In this document: positions 29,608 to 38,605 of the stretch, piece by piece
Numbering within the stretch: position 1 is the first letter of the stretch
Layout of the letters: each line of letters starts with the position of its first letter
Source: a virus
Lineage: Duplodnaviria > Caudoviricetes
Virus record (IMG/VR): IMGVR_UViG_3300017781_000007
Coordinates: 1-59,509 of that record
DNA length: 59,509 nucleotides
Reading direction: 5' to 3' (one strand)
The notes under the pieces: generated by a model
Database searches by the model: none
Seen by the model: the letters and a program-made list of their open reading frames with translations, nothing else
Told to the model about the DNA's origin: nothing
Position numbers and translations under genes: made by a program

Positions 29608-30039
29608 TTACGCGATTCTTAAAATAGCTGCTGAGGAAGTAAAGTTTGGAAATTGAATTGTAAAAGTTCCAGAAGTCGCTGTTTTATCTGCTCCGAAGTC
29701 CAAAGCACAAACTGCTTTGTTAGCTTCTGTTGAGTTGTAAATAAGCGCTCCTCTAGCAGTTAACGTTACACCTGTAAAAGATAAATCTGCAAAATCTACA
29801 ATCGCTACTCCACCTGTTGCTAATGAAGTTTGTTGTGATGCTAAAGTTCCACCTTTAGCCGCGTATTGACCTGACGCCGATACTTCACCTGTTGCTGTGT
29901 ATGCTGCCGTTGCAGCATTGATTGTTGCTGTAGATTTGTATAATGCTAATTTAAAAACGTCACCACCATTTTCTAAGTCGTGAACTCCTTCAAGAATTTC
30001 TTTCTTAAAGCTGTTGCAAACTGCTTGTGTTATTGCCAT
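29608..30039 (-). CDS. Virion structural protein
   Basis: FKLALY, ARGALIYN, LDFG; GGAG RBS. Confidence 0.6.
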   Translation of the reverse strand: MAITQAVCNSFKKEILEGVHDLENGGDVFKLALYKSTATINAATAAYTATGEVSASGQYAAKGGTLASQQTSLATGGVAIVDFADLSFTGVTLTARGALIYNSTEANKAVCALDFGADKTATSGTFTIQFPNFTSSAAILRIA

Positions 30040-30062
30040 GTTATTTCTCCTTAATTAAATCT

Positions 30063-30767
30063 TTAATTATTTGGTGAAGGCGAAGGAATTTTGACCCTTG
30101 GCACTCCATCCATATACTCGTCTCTACGTCTTCTGCCCATTTGCTCCAACGCAAAACTTTGTATAGCTACATTATACTTGTCTGAATAGATTTTGTACAT
30201 ATCCATCGGGCCTTTTAAGAATTCATAAGCTTGTTGCATAACCGCATAAAATAGTAGGTCAGGCACATTTAAAGATAAGTATGTAGTAGTATTTGTAGAT
30301 GTAAGAGCATCTGGCGTGTAGATATAGCTCAACTGCACTAGGTATTGTTTATCTGGAGCAGGAGCCATTATCAAAGTTGTTTCTTTCCAATTTGCATAAT
30401 ATTTAGGAAGACCTGTAGCTGATGTGCTGTTGTATTCAAATATGAATGTCGAATCTCTCTTATCTAAAAAATCTTTAGTTGTTGAGTTTGTTGTAGATGT
30501 ATTATCATAAACCAAGAATGATCTAACGATTATTGATCTTCTAGTCGTAGAGCCTCCAGATGTGCCGGGTGCATTTGGAAGATCGAGGTAAGGTGATCCA
30601 GTGTTCAAGTTTGCTGTTGCATACTCTCTTGTGTAATCAGCATCTACTTCTCTAAATATACGAAGCTCAGCATCTCTAATCATGCTTCCAATAATAGAAT
30701 CTGTTAAAACAGTAGAATCTACCTCTGTATAATCTCTTACCTTTTGTACTAATTCTGCAAACGTCAT
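30063..30767 (-). CDS. Head-tail adaptor / tail tubular protein A-like
   Basis: AELRI, GLPKYYA, APAPD, PDLLFYA; position. Confidence 0.55.
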   Translation of the reverse strand: MTFAELVQKVRDYTEVDSTVLTDSIIGSMIRDAELRIFREVDADYTREYATANLNTGSPYLDLPNAPGTSGGSTTRRSIIVRSFLVYDNTSTTNSTTKDFLDKRDSTFIFEYNSTSATGLPKYYANWKETTLIMAPAPDKQYLVQLSYIYTPDALTSTNTTTYLSLNVPDLLFYAVMQQAYEFLKGPMDMYKIYSDKYNVAIQSFALEQMGRRRRDEYMDGVPRVKIPSPSPNN

Positions 30768-31108
30768 GATATTGTTATTGTAACACCTCCTGAGCTTACT
30801 CGTAACTCTCTTTTCTTATTTTCTTCATTGGCATTTGTAGATGGCTGCATATTATTACTTGTAAATTGACCAGGCCATAATGCAGGATCAAGATCGACTA
30901 CAACAGGTGCACTTCTCATTGGTCTTGAGTTGTACAAAGCAATAGGATCTGCTCTATGTGGTTTTGGATCTAATTGTGGATGTTTCTTTTCAAATTCTGA
31001 AATATGTACTAATGAACCATTCCATTCTTTTACCATTTCTCTATACGGAAATTCTTGTCCTGATCTGTCAGATATTGACTTTGCGAATTTTCCTCTTGCG
31101 TATGCCAT
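30764..31108 (-). CDS. Conserved phage protein
   Basis: SDRSGQEFPY...EFEKKHPQL. Confidence 0.55.
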   Translation of the reverse strand: MAYARGKFAKSISDRSGQEFPYREMVKEWNGSLVHISEFEKKHPQLDPKPHRADPIALYNSRPMRSAPVVVDLDPALWPGQFTSNNMQPSTNANEENKKRELRVSSGGVTITIS

Positions 31109-31110
31109 AA

Positions 31111-31782
31111 TTATCCTTGTGGGTAATAAACATTAGGAGTGATATACACAGAGGTTCTTTGTCCATCTTCTTCTAATGCTCTTTTAAGTTCATCTTCATA
31201 TAATAGTTTCATTGCCTGTATTCTTTCAGGTGCAATTTTTTGTGCTAGGTAAAAAGCTAATCCAGATACCATACATGGAAAGAATCTAAATGGCATATCA
31301 GATGAGTTTGTATAAGCTCCAGCATCTTCAATTCTTGCAAGATAATAATAAAATATATTAGTCACCGCACTCGTATCAGGAGCTAAATATAAACTTATAG
31401 TTGGTGTTATTTGTCTATCAACATAATACTGAGAAGGAGTTCCTGCCTGTGTCTTGTTAGGAATCGCAATATACTCAGATCGAGATACTTTTGTTAAAGT
31501 TTGTTGATTGCCTCCAGAAACAGTTACAACAGCTTCAAGAACATCATTACAATCACTTGGTGTTGTATATGTTACCTGGTTGTTTACTAAAGTTTCTGTT
31601 TTAGATTTGACTTTCCAAAGGTTAATACCTCTGTTACCCCATTCAGAAAAAAGTAAATTTAAACTTCTTCTAGCTGACTTGATGTCATGACCAGAATTTA
31701 CTCTTACACCACATCTTTCGTAAGCTTCATTAATGACTTCATCAATTGTGATGTTAAAACTTGTAGTTCCTGAACTAGCCAT
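31111..31782 (-). CDS. Head completion / adaptor protein
   Basis: ARRSLNLLFSEWGNRG, GTPSQYYVDR, MVSGLAFYL; position. Confidence 0.55.
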   Translation of the reverse strand: MASSGTTSFNITIDEVINEAYERCGVRVNSGHDIKSARRSLNLLFSEWGNRGINLWKVKSKTETLVNNQVTYTTPSDCNDVLEAVVTVSGGNQQTLTKVSRSEYIAIPNKTQAGTPSQYYVDRQITPTISLYLAPDTSAVTNIFYYYLARIEDAGAYTNSSDMPFRFFPCMVSGLAFYLAQKIAPERIQAMKLLYEDELKRALEEDGQRTSVYITPNVYYPQG

Positions 31783-31789
31783 TTCATCC

Positions 31790-31978
31790 TTACGCTAAGA
31801 TTGCTTTTTGTAAATGTTTTGGTAGATTTTTTTGACCACCAACTAATTTACCTGTTTTTGCCATCATTGGTTTATTCATTTGTCCACCGCCCATTTTACC
31901 TTCAGCTTTTAATTTTTTAGTAGCACCCATAAGACCGCCACCCATTTTTGTATGTACTTTTATTCTTCCATTCTTCAT
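31790..31978 (-). CDS. Small basic Gly/Met-rich protein
   Basis: KMGGG twice; GGAG RBS. Confidence 0.6.
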   Translation of the reverse strand: MKNGRIKVHTKMGGGLMGATKKLKAEGKMGGGQMNKPMMAKTGKLVGGQKNLPKHLQKAILA

Positions 31979-31979
31979 A

Positions 31980-32135
31980 TTATTTTACTCCTTCAAATTT
32001 TCCGCCTTTGACAGCAATACCCATGCCACCACAAGCAAGTTCTTTTGGTTTTACTGGTTTAGGTTTTTTCTTACCCTCTTCAGTTGCTTTTTTTAAAGCT
32101 TCTAAATATTTTTTGTATTCTGTTGCTTCTTCCAT
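31980..32135 (-). CDS. Small basic protein (51 aa)
   Basis: Hand translation MEEATEYKKY...LACGGMGIAVKGGKFEGVK; GGAG RBS. Confidence 0.6.
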   Translation of the reverse strand: MEEATEYKKYLEALKKATEEGKKKPKPVKPKELACGGMGIAVKGGKFEGVK

Positions 32136-32143
32136 AGTATCTC

Positions 32144-32539
32144 CTAGTAATCTATCATACCACCATAGTATAATTTAGTAAACGCACCTTTCGATGCAAA
32201 AGTCTTAACATTTGTTGGTTTTCCGCCAACTCCTTGAGCTCTACTTCTTTTCCTCACAACGGCACTCCGTCTCTGGGAGTCTGTCATCCTTGCCGCTTTT
32301 GCAGCAGGGACGCACTTTGGATACTTCCGTTTCTTGTCCGCTTTGAGTTTTGAACGACCACAAGGTGCGTACGAACCATCTGCTCGTTTGCTTCCAATAT
32401 CTACCCATTTTTGTGAAAACCATTTTTTAAGTCCTCCCTCTTTCATACCTGCAGGAACACAATTAGGAACCATACGATTCCCTTTTTTCTTCATGCCCTT
32501 TTGGACATAACCTTCCCAACAAGTACCTCGTTCACTCAT
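32144..32539 (-). CDS. Basic Cys-containing protein
   Basis: CWEGY...VPNCVP, GLKKWFSQKWVDI, YPKCVP. Confidence 0.6.
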   Translation of the reverse strand: MSERGTCWEGYVQKGMKKKGNRMVPNCVPAGMKEGGLKKWFSQKWVDIGSKRADGSYAPCGRSKLKADKKRKYPKCVPAAKAARMTDSQRRSAVVRKRSRAQGVGGKPTNVKTFASKGAFTKLYYGGMIDY

Positions 32540-33027
32540 TTTAATAAATCGCCGTAATAATTGACTAAGCTCTCATTGGACATCTTAATGCCTGCTGAGT
32601 CATGCTTAATAAATTTACCTTGATAAGCTTTAATTGATTCTAGTGTCTTTGCTTGTTTCTTATGTAATGCAGATGCTTTGTGTAATCCTTTTGCAACTTT
32701 ACTTATTTTTGCTTCTGCACCTTTATTTGCAGCAGTATATTTTAATTTTCCTTTTTTATCATATTCAGAAATTGGATTTTGAATATCTATTAGTTGTTTT
32801 CTTCTTTTGTTTGGATCACCCTCTACAATAGTTTTTTTCTTTTTTGTTTCAGCATGTAAACCTTTATTTGCAGGTTTAGGTCCTTTAAAGTCTTTTCTTT
32901 TTACACCTGAAGGATCTTTAATTTTACCTGCACAAATTTTACTAGCATATGCATTAGCATATGCACTTGGATATACTTTGAATTTTCTTTTTGCGGCCGC
33001 TTTGCCTCTAGCACATAGTTTTGTCAT
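32536..33027 (-). CDS. Basic protein
   Basis: KFKVYPSAYANAYASKIC; very Lys-rich. Confidence 0.6.
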   Translation of the reverse strand: MTKLCARGKAAAKRKFKVYPSAYANAYASKICAGKIKDPSGVKRKDFKGPKPANKGLHAETKKKKTIVEGDPNKRRKQLIDIQNPISEYDKKGKLKYTAANKGAEAKISKVAKGLHKASALHKKQAKTLESIKAYQGKFIKHDSAGIKMSNESLVNYYGDLLK

Positions 33028-33163
33028 TGTCTTTTAGCCTTTTTCGGTTGTACAACTTCTTCGATTGTATCACTTTGGGGCTAAACAGTAAATGTCCTAG
33101 CGAGAGGATTCTTTTTATTGGATTTTTTAGCGTATATTTTCTTTTTTTGTTTTTTCTTTTCAT
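33008..33163 (-). CDS. Small basic protein with weak ArfA-like pattern
   Basis: NPIKRILSLGHLLFSPKVIQSKKLYNRK; start trimmed to MKRK. Confidence 0.45.
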   Translation of the reverse strand: MKRKNKKRKYTLKNPIKRILSLGHLLFSPKVIQSKKLYNRKRLKDNDKTMC

Positions 33164-33224
33164 CTTTAGCACCACGTAATTTGCCATCAATTTGTTGTGT
33201 CATTTGTGATCTTGATATCGTCAT
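33081..33224 (-). CDS. Small basic protein (47 aa) with capsid-like N-terminus
   Basis: Hand translation MTISRSQMTQQIDGKLRGAK...; ATGA overlap with the endolysin stop; GGAG RBS. Confidence 0.55.
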   Translation of the reverse strand: MTISRSQMTQQIDGKLRGAKDEKKKQKKKIYAKKSNKKNPLARTFTV

Positions 33225-33697
33225 ACTATCTCCTTTGCACTTCCCATTATTGGTTTATATTTAGTTTTTCCTTCTGATTTATAAGCGTGTAAAAATGATG
33301 CTCTTGGTGTTCCCTCAATCCAGCTACAATGTATCCAACCGCTGTTTGGTTCACCCGGAGTGTAGAACTCAAGGATGAGCTGGTCTGGTGAAAGATTATT
33401 TTTAATCCAATCAAATAGTTCAGCGTTGTCTGTGCCAACACATTCGAAATCCGCCGCCTCAGCTTTTGCATGCTGGCTGTTTACTGAGCTACCGATGGCA
33501 GCACAAAGCTCAGGACTTCGATAGCCCGACGTTATCTTTACTCTGCCGAAATGATCACGGACAGGTTGCAAGATATTTTCACATAATGCTTTTAATTTTT
33601 CTATTTGTTCTGCATTAGGATTATTGTTTATACCCTTCCTAATTGCAGTATCTGATTTGGTAAGCTCAGACAAAGTGAAATTTCGTGAAAGATTCAT
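33221..33697 (-). CDS. Peptidase M15A family endolysin
   Basis: LSRNFTLSEL, ITSGYR, SQH-x6-D, WIH. Confidence 0.88.
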   Translation of the reverse strand: MNLSRNFTLSELTKSDTAIRKGINNNPNAEQIEKLKALCENILQPVRDHFGRVKITSGYRSPELCAAIGSSVNSQHAKAEAADFECVGTDNAELFDWIKNNLSPDQLILEFYTPGEPNSGWIHCSWIEGTPRASFLHAYKSEGKTKYKPIMGSAKEIV

Positions 33698-33699
33698 AA

Positions 33700-33915
33700 T
33701 TACTCCAATATTAGTTTTTTAATAGATAATGATCCATCTATATTTTTTTCAAGTTCTGCCATTGACTTGATGCAAGTATAATTTATGTTATTATTTTTAT
33801 TAGTTCTCATCGCGATGCGTTTCCCCTTAAGGCAATCTGACATAGATTCTTGTATTCTGTGTTCCTTGATCTCTCCGTTGACAATCATAAGTAAGGCAAT
33901 AATTAACTCTGTCAC
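33700..33915 (-). CDS. Small hypothetical protein with hydrophobic N-terminus
   Basis: 71 aa, GTG start, two Cys. Confidence 0.5.
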   Translation of the reverse strand: MTELIIALLMIVNGEIKEHRIQESMSDCLKGKRIAMRTNKNNNINYTCIKSMAELEKNIDGSLSIKKLILE

Positions 33916-34079
33916 AATATCTTACCTTTGTTTTCACCTTTTTTAATAATATATTTTTGTGTACCATGTTTGCCGTGTTCAACAGACTTTTTTAAATTCT
34001 TAATAAAGTTCATTTGTTTAGCTTTCTTTTCCATGTCAGAAATATATTGCACAACTTGTCTAGTAATTCTTTGATCCAT
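33912..34079 (-). CDS. Hypothetical protein (55 aa)
   Basis: Hand translation MDQRITRQVVQY...KKGENKGKIL; fills the gap. Confidence 0.5.
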   Translation of the reverse strand: MDQRITRQVVQYISDMEKKAKQMNFIKNLKKSVEHGKHGTQKYIIKKGENKGKIL

Positions 34080-34440
34080 TTTCTCTAACCTTATCTTTTA
34101 ATTTTTCAATATCTTCCAATGCTTTATCTAACTGTTCTCTTAAAAATTCTATATTAACTTTATTAGTCATATTCATTTCTTGAGTTTCTTCCATTTTTTC
34201 TACAGTCTTATAAAGATCCTCTATCAAAAAATGTTGTTCTTGATCCGTAGGGACTTGCTCACTTTTTTTAAGCAAATCATTTGTAAATAATTCTCTTGAT
34301 GTCTCTAACGATACCAACCTCGCCGTCAGCTCTGTGTAACCGAGCACGCCCATTCCAACAAGAATTATAAGGCTAGCAACCGTTTTCATCGGCATCTGTA
34401 CTGCAGCCGACTCCGATATATTTAAAGGTTTTTTACTCAT
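34060..34440 (-). CDS. Membrane-anchored coiled-coil protein (possible lysis accessory)
   Basis: One TM helix then coiled coil, near the endolysin; start trimmed to MSKKP. Confidence 0.5.
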   Translation of the reverse strand: MSKKPLNISESAAVQMPMKTVASLIILVGMGVLGYTELTARLVSLETSRELFTNDLLKKSEQVPTDQEQHFLIEDLYKTVEKMEETQEMNMTNKVNIEFLREQLDKALEDIEKLKDKVRENGSKNY

Positions 34441-35083
34441 CTTTCTTTTTATGATACATCTCGTAAAACATATTGTCACTATCCTCGGTTACAAATTCCG
34501 AATCTTCTGCATCCCAATAAGTATTTTGGACTTTATAGTCAGGCCAGCTGTTATCAGTAGTATAGCTATTAATGTGCCACAAAAGGCGATTATTAGGCTG
34601 AGCTGCATAATTGCCGTTATCAAGCTCCAATATATGTGCACACTTATGTTCTTGAGGAATTTCAGAGTGTTCAGTATCCAATATGTTAACGTCTGGATGT
34701 GCCCAATCAATCGTAAATAAATATTTACCATGGTAAAATTTTTTATCTAAACCTAGGTATTTGCCCTTTACACCATCCAGCCAATCAAAACAAGTAACAC
34801 TAGGCCAATAACTAAAACAGTTCCACAGTTCCAATTCATGTACTTGCATATTCGGCACGTTGGATCTATCAAAAGTTTTTTGATAAAACGCTGATATAGG
34901 GAGACGCCAGTAACACGCACCGTTTGGTAACATGATATTAAATAAGAGCGCACGCCCTGATATTGATGTAAGACCGAAGATAACACAGTCTTCACTTTCT
35001 CCGTGATGTTTTTTAAGATCATAAAGATACTCCTTTCTAATTTTGCAATATATTGGTGGAAGGTTTGCGTTTAGATATGACAT
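34433..35083 (-). CDS. Conserved phage protein
   Basis: 216 aa, ELWNCFSY, YLFTIDW, QEHKCAH, AAQPNNR. Confidence 0.6.
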   Translation of the reverse strand: MSYLNANLPPIYCKIRKEYLYDLKKHHGESEDCVIFGLTSISGRALLFNIMLPNGACYWRLPISAFYQKTFDRSNVPNMQVHELELWNCFSYWPSVTCFDWLDGVKGKYLGLDKKFYHGKYLFTIDWAHPDVNILDTEHSEIPQEHKCAHILELDNGNYAAQPNNRLLWHINSYTTDNSWPDYKVQNTYWDAEDSEFVTEDSDNMFYEMYHKKKDE

Positions 35084-35173
35084 GCTTATATTTTTCTTTC
35101 CAATATTTTTCTCTTTCTAAAACTCTAATTCTATATTCGATTTTATCAATACCTAATATTTTTTTCAACCAAT

Positions 35174-35494
35174 TTAACATTTCCATCTTCTTCTTGCTGC
35201 ACATATTCGTTTTTCAGGAGTCTTGCTACAATTGATATTGTGCATCTTCATCTGACCTTTTGATCTTCTACAATAAGAAGATCTTCTTTTTGCAGCTTTT
35301 GAACCTTTCTTAACTTTTCCTGTTACTGCTGTCTTAAGTTTAGAACCAGGATTCATTCGTCTGTATGCACGAACCCCTGCAGAAGTCATACCTGCACCTG
35401 ATTTAGTAGATCTAAAGTTTCTTTTATTCTTTGAAGGCATTCCACCTTTAGCGAAACCATCAATCTCTATACCTAGATCAGCATAGTAATCCAT
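35174..35494 (-). CDS. Basic protein
   Basis: FAKGG, YRRMNPGSKLKTAVT, RRSSYCRRS, ARRRWKC. Confidence 0.6.
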   Translation of the reverse strand: MDYYADLGIEIDGFAKGGMPSKNKRNFRSTKSGAGMTSAGVRAYRRMNPGSKLKTAVTGKVKKGSKAAKRRSSYCRRSKGQMKMHNINCSKTPEKRICAARRRWKC

Positions 35495-35501
35495 CTAAAA
35501 C

Positions 35502-35822
35502 CTATACTGTTAATCCAGGTCCTGAATACTTATCTGTAAGCAAAGTATAAGCAGTTACTTTAGTTTTGGTTTTACAAAAAAGTCCTTTTGGAAAAAGAAT
35601 TCCATCTTCAGGAAAGTTAAAATTAATAACATCTCCAGATGGTACATCAGCTTGAAACAAAGTTGCTCCAGCATTTGATGTAGTTGTAAGCTCCAAAGTT
35701 CCAGCTCCTGTGCCGTCAGATGCAACAATAATTCCTCTTAGTCTTATTGGTTGCTCTATAATAGCTGTGGCACCTGCCGCAGCGACAGATCTTGTTGCTT
35801 GTATATCACTTTTAAAACTCAT
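35502..35822 (-). CDS. Small virion protein
   Basis: RLRGI, FPEDGILF; GGAG RBS. Confidence 0.55.
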   Translation of the reverse strand: MSFKSDIQATRSVAAAGATAIIEQPIRLRGIIVASDGTGAGTLELTTTSNAGATLFQADVPSGDVINFNFPEDGILFPKGLFCKTKTKVTAYTLLTDKYSGPGLTV

Positions 35823-35837
35823 GTGTTCTCCTAGTTC

Positions 35838-35857
35838 GTGGCTCCCGAAGGAGCCAC
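35838..35857 (-). other. Stable hairpin (8-bp stem, cUUCGg loop on the minus strand)
   Basis: GTGGCTCC-CGAA-GGAGCCAC, intergenic, no U-tract. Confidence 0.6.
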
Positions 35858-35867
35858 TAATTATTTA

Positions 35868-36425
35868 TTAGCTCCAAGGGTTAGCGAATGTACCGTTACC
35901 GATTAGTTGTGCACTAACTTGCCAAATTAAACCATCAACTGCTTGACATTCAATTTGAGCACCCATTAGTCCACCTTTTGTAGTGGCTGTAAGTGTTAAT
36001 GTATCCGTGTTACTTCCGTTAAAAGCTGTTACAGCTCCTGGATCAGTTGCTGTATTATTATAGATAGCCATACCTTTAAATACATCAGCTGTGTTTCTAC
36101 CTGCTGCAGTTCCTGCGTTTAAAACAAAAGTGTTACCACCTGTTAGATTTGCAGTTAAAACAAAATGATACTTTATTCCTACTCTGTTTAAGTTAGCTGG
36201 ATCACTTGCACCTGCTGTAGCTCCGTTAGCCGTGTCTATGATTGAGGGTAAATTAAATACAGTGTTTGCGTTTCCTACCTGTATAATTTTTCCTTGATAT
36301 TGATCAATACCTGCAATGTCTGTTCCACCATCTACAGTTCCTGTAATTGATTGTGCCATGTTTGGACCTGTTCCTAAAAATCCATTTAAAGATCTTACTG
36401 GTCCATCAAACGTTGTTCTTGCCAT
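35868..36425 (-). CDS. Capsid-associated / decoration protein (putative)
   Basis: MARTTFDGPVRS N-terminus; directly after the capsid gene. Confidence 0.55.
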   Translation of the reverse strand: MARTTFDGPVRSLNGFLGTGPNMAQSITGTVDGGTDIAGIDQYQGKIIQVGNANTVFNLPSIIDTANGATAGASDPANLNRVGIKYHFVLTANLTGGNTFVLNAGTAAGRNTADVFKGMAIYNNTATDPGAVTAFNGSNTDTLTLTATTKGGLMGAQIECQAVDGLIWQVSAQLIGNGTFANPWS

Positions 36426-36432
36426 AATGTTT

Positions 36433-36510
36433 CTCCTCTATAGCGGTTAAATTTTGTAGTCTCTATAGCGTCTGCCTAGCCAGTCTACAAAATTATAATT
36501 TTCTAGGTTG
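36433..36510 (-). ncRNA. Candidate structured 5' leader RNA
   Basis: 10-bp inverted repeat 36450-36459/36485-36494; 10-nt direct repeat 36436-36445/36461-36470 abutting the SD. Confidence 0.4.
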
Positions 36511-36524
36511 TTTACATTATATAT

Positions 36525-36557
36525 AAAAAAAGGGGCAGAGTAAACTCCGCCCCTTTT
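36525..36557 (-). terminator. Rho-independent terminator after the major capsid gene
   Basis: Minus strand AAAAGGGGCGGAG-TTTA-CTCTGCCCC-TTTTTTT. Confidence 0.88.
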
Positions 36558-36578
36558 AGATTGTTAGGTAATTAGATA

Positions 36579-37496
36579 TTACGCAGCACCTGGAGAACCA
36601 AAGATTCCTCTAGGGTCAGAGAAGCCGAAGCTGTATCTTTCTCTAGCTTTGAATCTAACGTTTCCTGTGTCGAAATCACCTTCAATCGCAGTTTTAATTG
36701 GCGATCTTACGAAGTGTTTCATACCATTTGGTGCGTCAGTCATAATGAAGAATGCATCAGTATCATTTAAGAAATGGTTAATTCTATAACCTTCTGGTAT
36801 CATTCCCATGTTTGCCATTGCGTTGATATCGTTATCTGCAGTTCCGACTCTTTGAGGTGATCTCATGATTCTCTCAGCAGTAAATTGTAATTCTTTTGGA
36901 ATTATTAATTTTCTACCTTGAAGAGCGATCTTTAATCCTCTTTCGTCTACGAACGCAGCGATGTCAATCAATGATTGTTCTAACGATGTTTCTGACAAGT
37001 CAGCAGCAGTAGATAATTCATTTCTGAATGTTCCACCGTTTGCTAATGGGTGGTCAGTAGTACAAAGTGCTTTACCGTCACCTCCATTAAAGCTTCCGCC
37101 TGTATCAAACGCATTGTTTAATACATTCGCCGCTGTGATTTGTTTTGATTGCGCCATTGATCTTGCAAGAGCTCTTGTGTATCTGCCTGCTAATCTGTCG
37201 TATAAGTTATCTTCAATTGCCTCTTCTGTGATAGCAAATGCTAACGCCACAGTATTGTGAGTGTATCTTGAAGTGTATACTTCAGAAGCTTGGTCAAAAG
37301 TGACCATAGCACCTTCAGCTTTATTTGCTGCTGTGCCAAAGCCAGATAACATTACTTCTTCTTCAAACGCTCTGTCTGAAGTTTCAGTATTGAATATCTC
37401 TGCATGCTCATTGTCGTATCTGTTGTATTCCAGGCCAAACAGTGCGTTTAATCCTGGCTCTAGTTCTTTAACTAGTTGTGATCGTGATATAGCCAT
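36579..37496 (-). CDS. Major capsid protein
   Basis: 305 aa, SDRAFEEE, DGKALC...HP, KARERYSFGFSDPRG; follows the scaffold gene; strong terminator. Confidence 0.85.
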   Translation of the reverse strand: MAISRSQLVKELEPGLNALFGLEYNRYDNEHAEIFNTETSDRAFEEEVMLSGFGTAANKAEGAMVTFDQASEVYTSRYTHNTVALAFAITEEAIEDNLYDRLAGRYTRALARSMAQSKQITAANVLNNAFDTGGSFNGGDGKALCTTDHPLANGGTFRNELSTAADLSETSLEQSLIDIAAFVDERGLKIALQGRKLIIPKELQFTAERIMRSPQRVGTADNDINAMANMGMIPEGYRINHFLNDTDAFFIMTDAPNGMKHFVRSPIKTAIEGDFDTGNVRFKARERYSFGFSDPRGIFGSPGAA

Positions 37497-37499
37497 AAA

Positions 37500-38078
37500 T
37501 TATACTCCTGTTCCTTGGTCGTAGAAGTGGTTAACAATTCTAACCAAAACATCTACGTTAGCACTTCCAGCTTCGCTATTTTGCGTATCTTGCGAAATAT
37601 CAACTGCTTGAAGTACAGTACCACTTACTGTTAATCCAGAAACACTGTGATCCAATTGAACCTCAGATATTCCAGATAAAGTGTTACCTGTTACGTTTGT
37701 TATTGCAAAGTTCTTAAAGATGTCTGCTACCGCAAACGCTCCATCAGAATCTACTGAATAAACTACACTCGGGTCGTCGATGATGTTAGCGATAATATCA
37801 CTAGCAGCAACTCCACCTGGATAGTTGTTTCTAAAAGTAGGCTTCTGAGTAGTAGGGTCTGTGTAGAACACTCCGTTAAAAACGCCCACGACAAGATCAG
37901 AGGTATTTGCTACCGCTCTTTCGATCCCGCCACCAGTTACAGGTTTTACCAAGTCACCTTGGAAAATTGCAGTTGCGTATCCGCTTGCAATTCTGTATCT
38001 GTTTTGTGCGTTAATAAATGGAGAGCCATCTAACTTTCTTACTGGTCTTAGACCATATTTTTCAGCTACATTAGCCAT
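37500..38078 (-). CDS. Head structural / capsid cement protein (putative)
   Basis: YGLRPV, IFQGDLV, VGVFNG; next to the capsid gene. Confidence 0.55.
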   Translation of the reverse strand: MANVAEKYGLRPVRKLDGSPFINAQNRYRIASGYATAIFQGDLVKPVTGGGIERAVANTSDLVVGVFNGVFYTDPTTQKPTFRNNYPGGVAASDIIANIIDDPSVVYSVDSDGAFAVADIFKNFAITNVTGNTLSGISEVQLDHSVSGLTVSGTVLQAVDISQDTQNSEAGSANVDVLVRIVNHFYDQGTGV

Positions 38079-38133
38079 AGTTGTTTTCTCCTTTATTGTT
38101 TAACATTTACTTAGAGTGGTGATTACCAAAAAA

Positions 38134-38604
38134 TTAATTTTTGTTTCCTCCACCAAAAGTTACGCGAGATTGTCGACTAATATTCATCGGCATCTCAGGT
38201 CGTTGTTCCTTCAAGACATCGTTATCCACCGAGTCAACTTGATCTTGAGTAATTTTTTTAAAATACTCAGCACGGCTTTTTGCGATCTCTTCAGGTATCC
38301 TTCCCAACACAAGGCCAGCAACCCCGATCAAACCTGCGTAAGTTCCCTGAGCAATGATTGGATAAGCATGATCACCTAATTGATTTTTAATCTCTTCGGC
38401 TCTCACAAATTCCCAACCTTCTCTCATTTTTTTGGATACATTAGCTGTATCCTGAAAACCCATACTCTCGGTTCTTATCCATCTATGAACAAAACCGTCT
38501 GGCGCAGGTGGTGCATCCAGAGATGATGGTGGCGTCCAAGGTTTAGTTCTAACCTCTTTTTTTTCTTCTGACGCGCGTGAAGTTCTATTTATTTTATCGC
38601 TCAT
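38134..38604 (-). CDS. Conserved head-module protein
   Basis: WTPPSSLDAP, HRWIR, REGWEFV. Confidence 0.6.
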   Translation of the reverse strand: MSDKINRTSRASEEKKEVRTKPWTPPSSLDAPPAPDGFVHRWIRTESMGFQDTANVSKKMREGWEFVRAEEIKNQLGDHAYPIIAQGTYAGLIGVAGLVLGRIPEEIAKSRAEYFKKITQDQVDSVDNDVLKEQRPEMPMNISRQSRVTFGGGNKN

Positions 38605-38605
38605 T

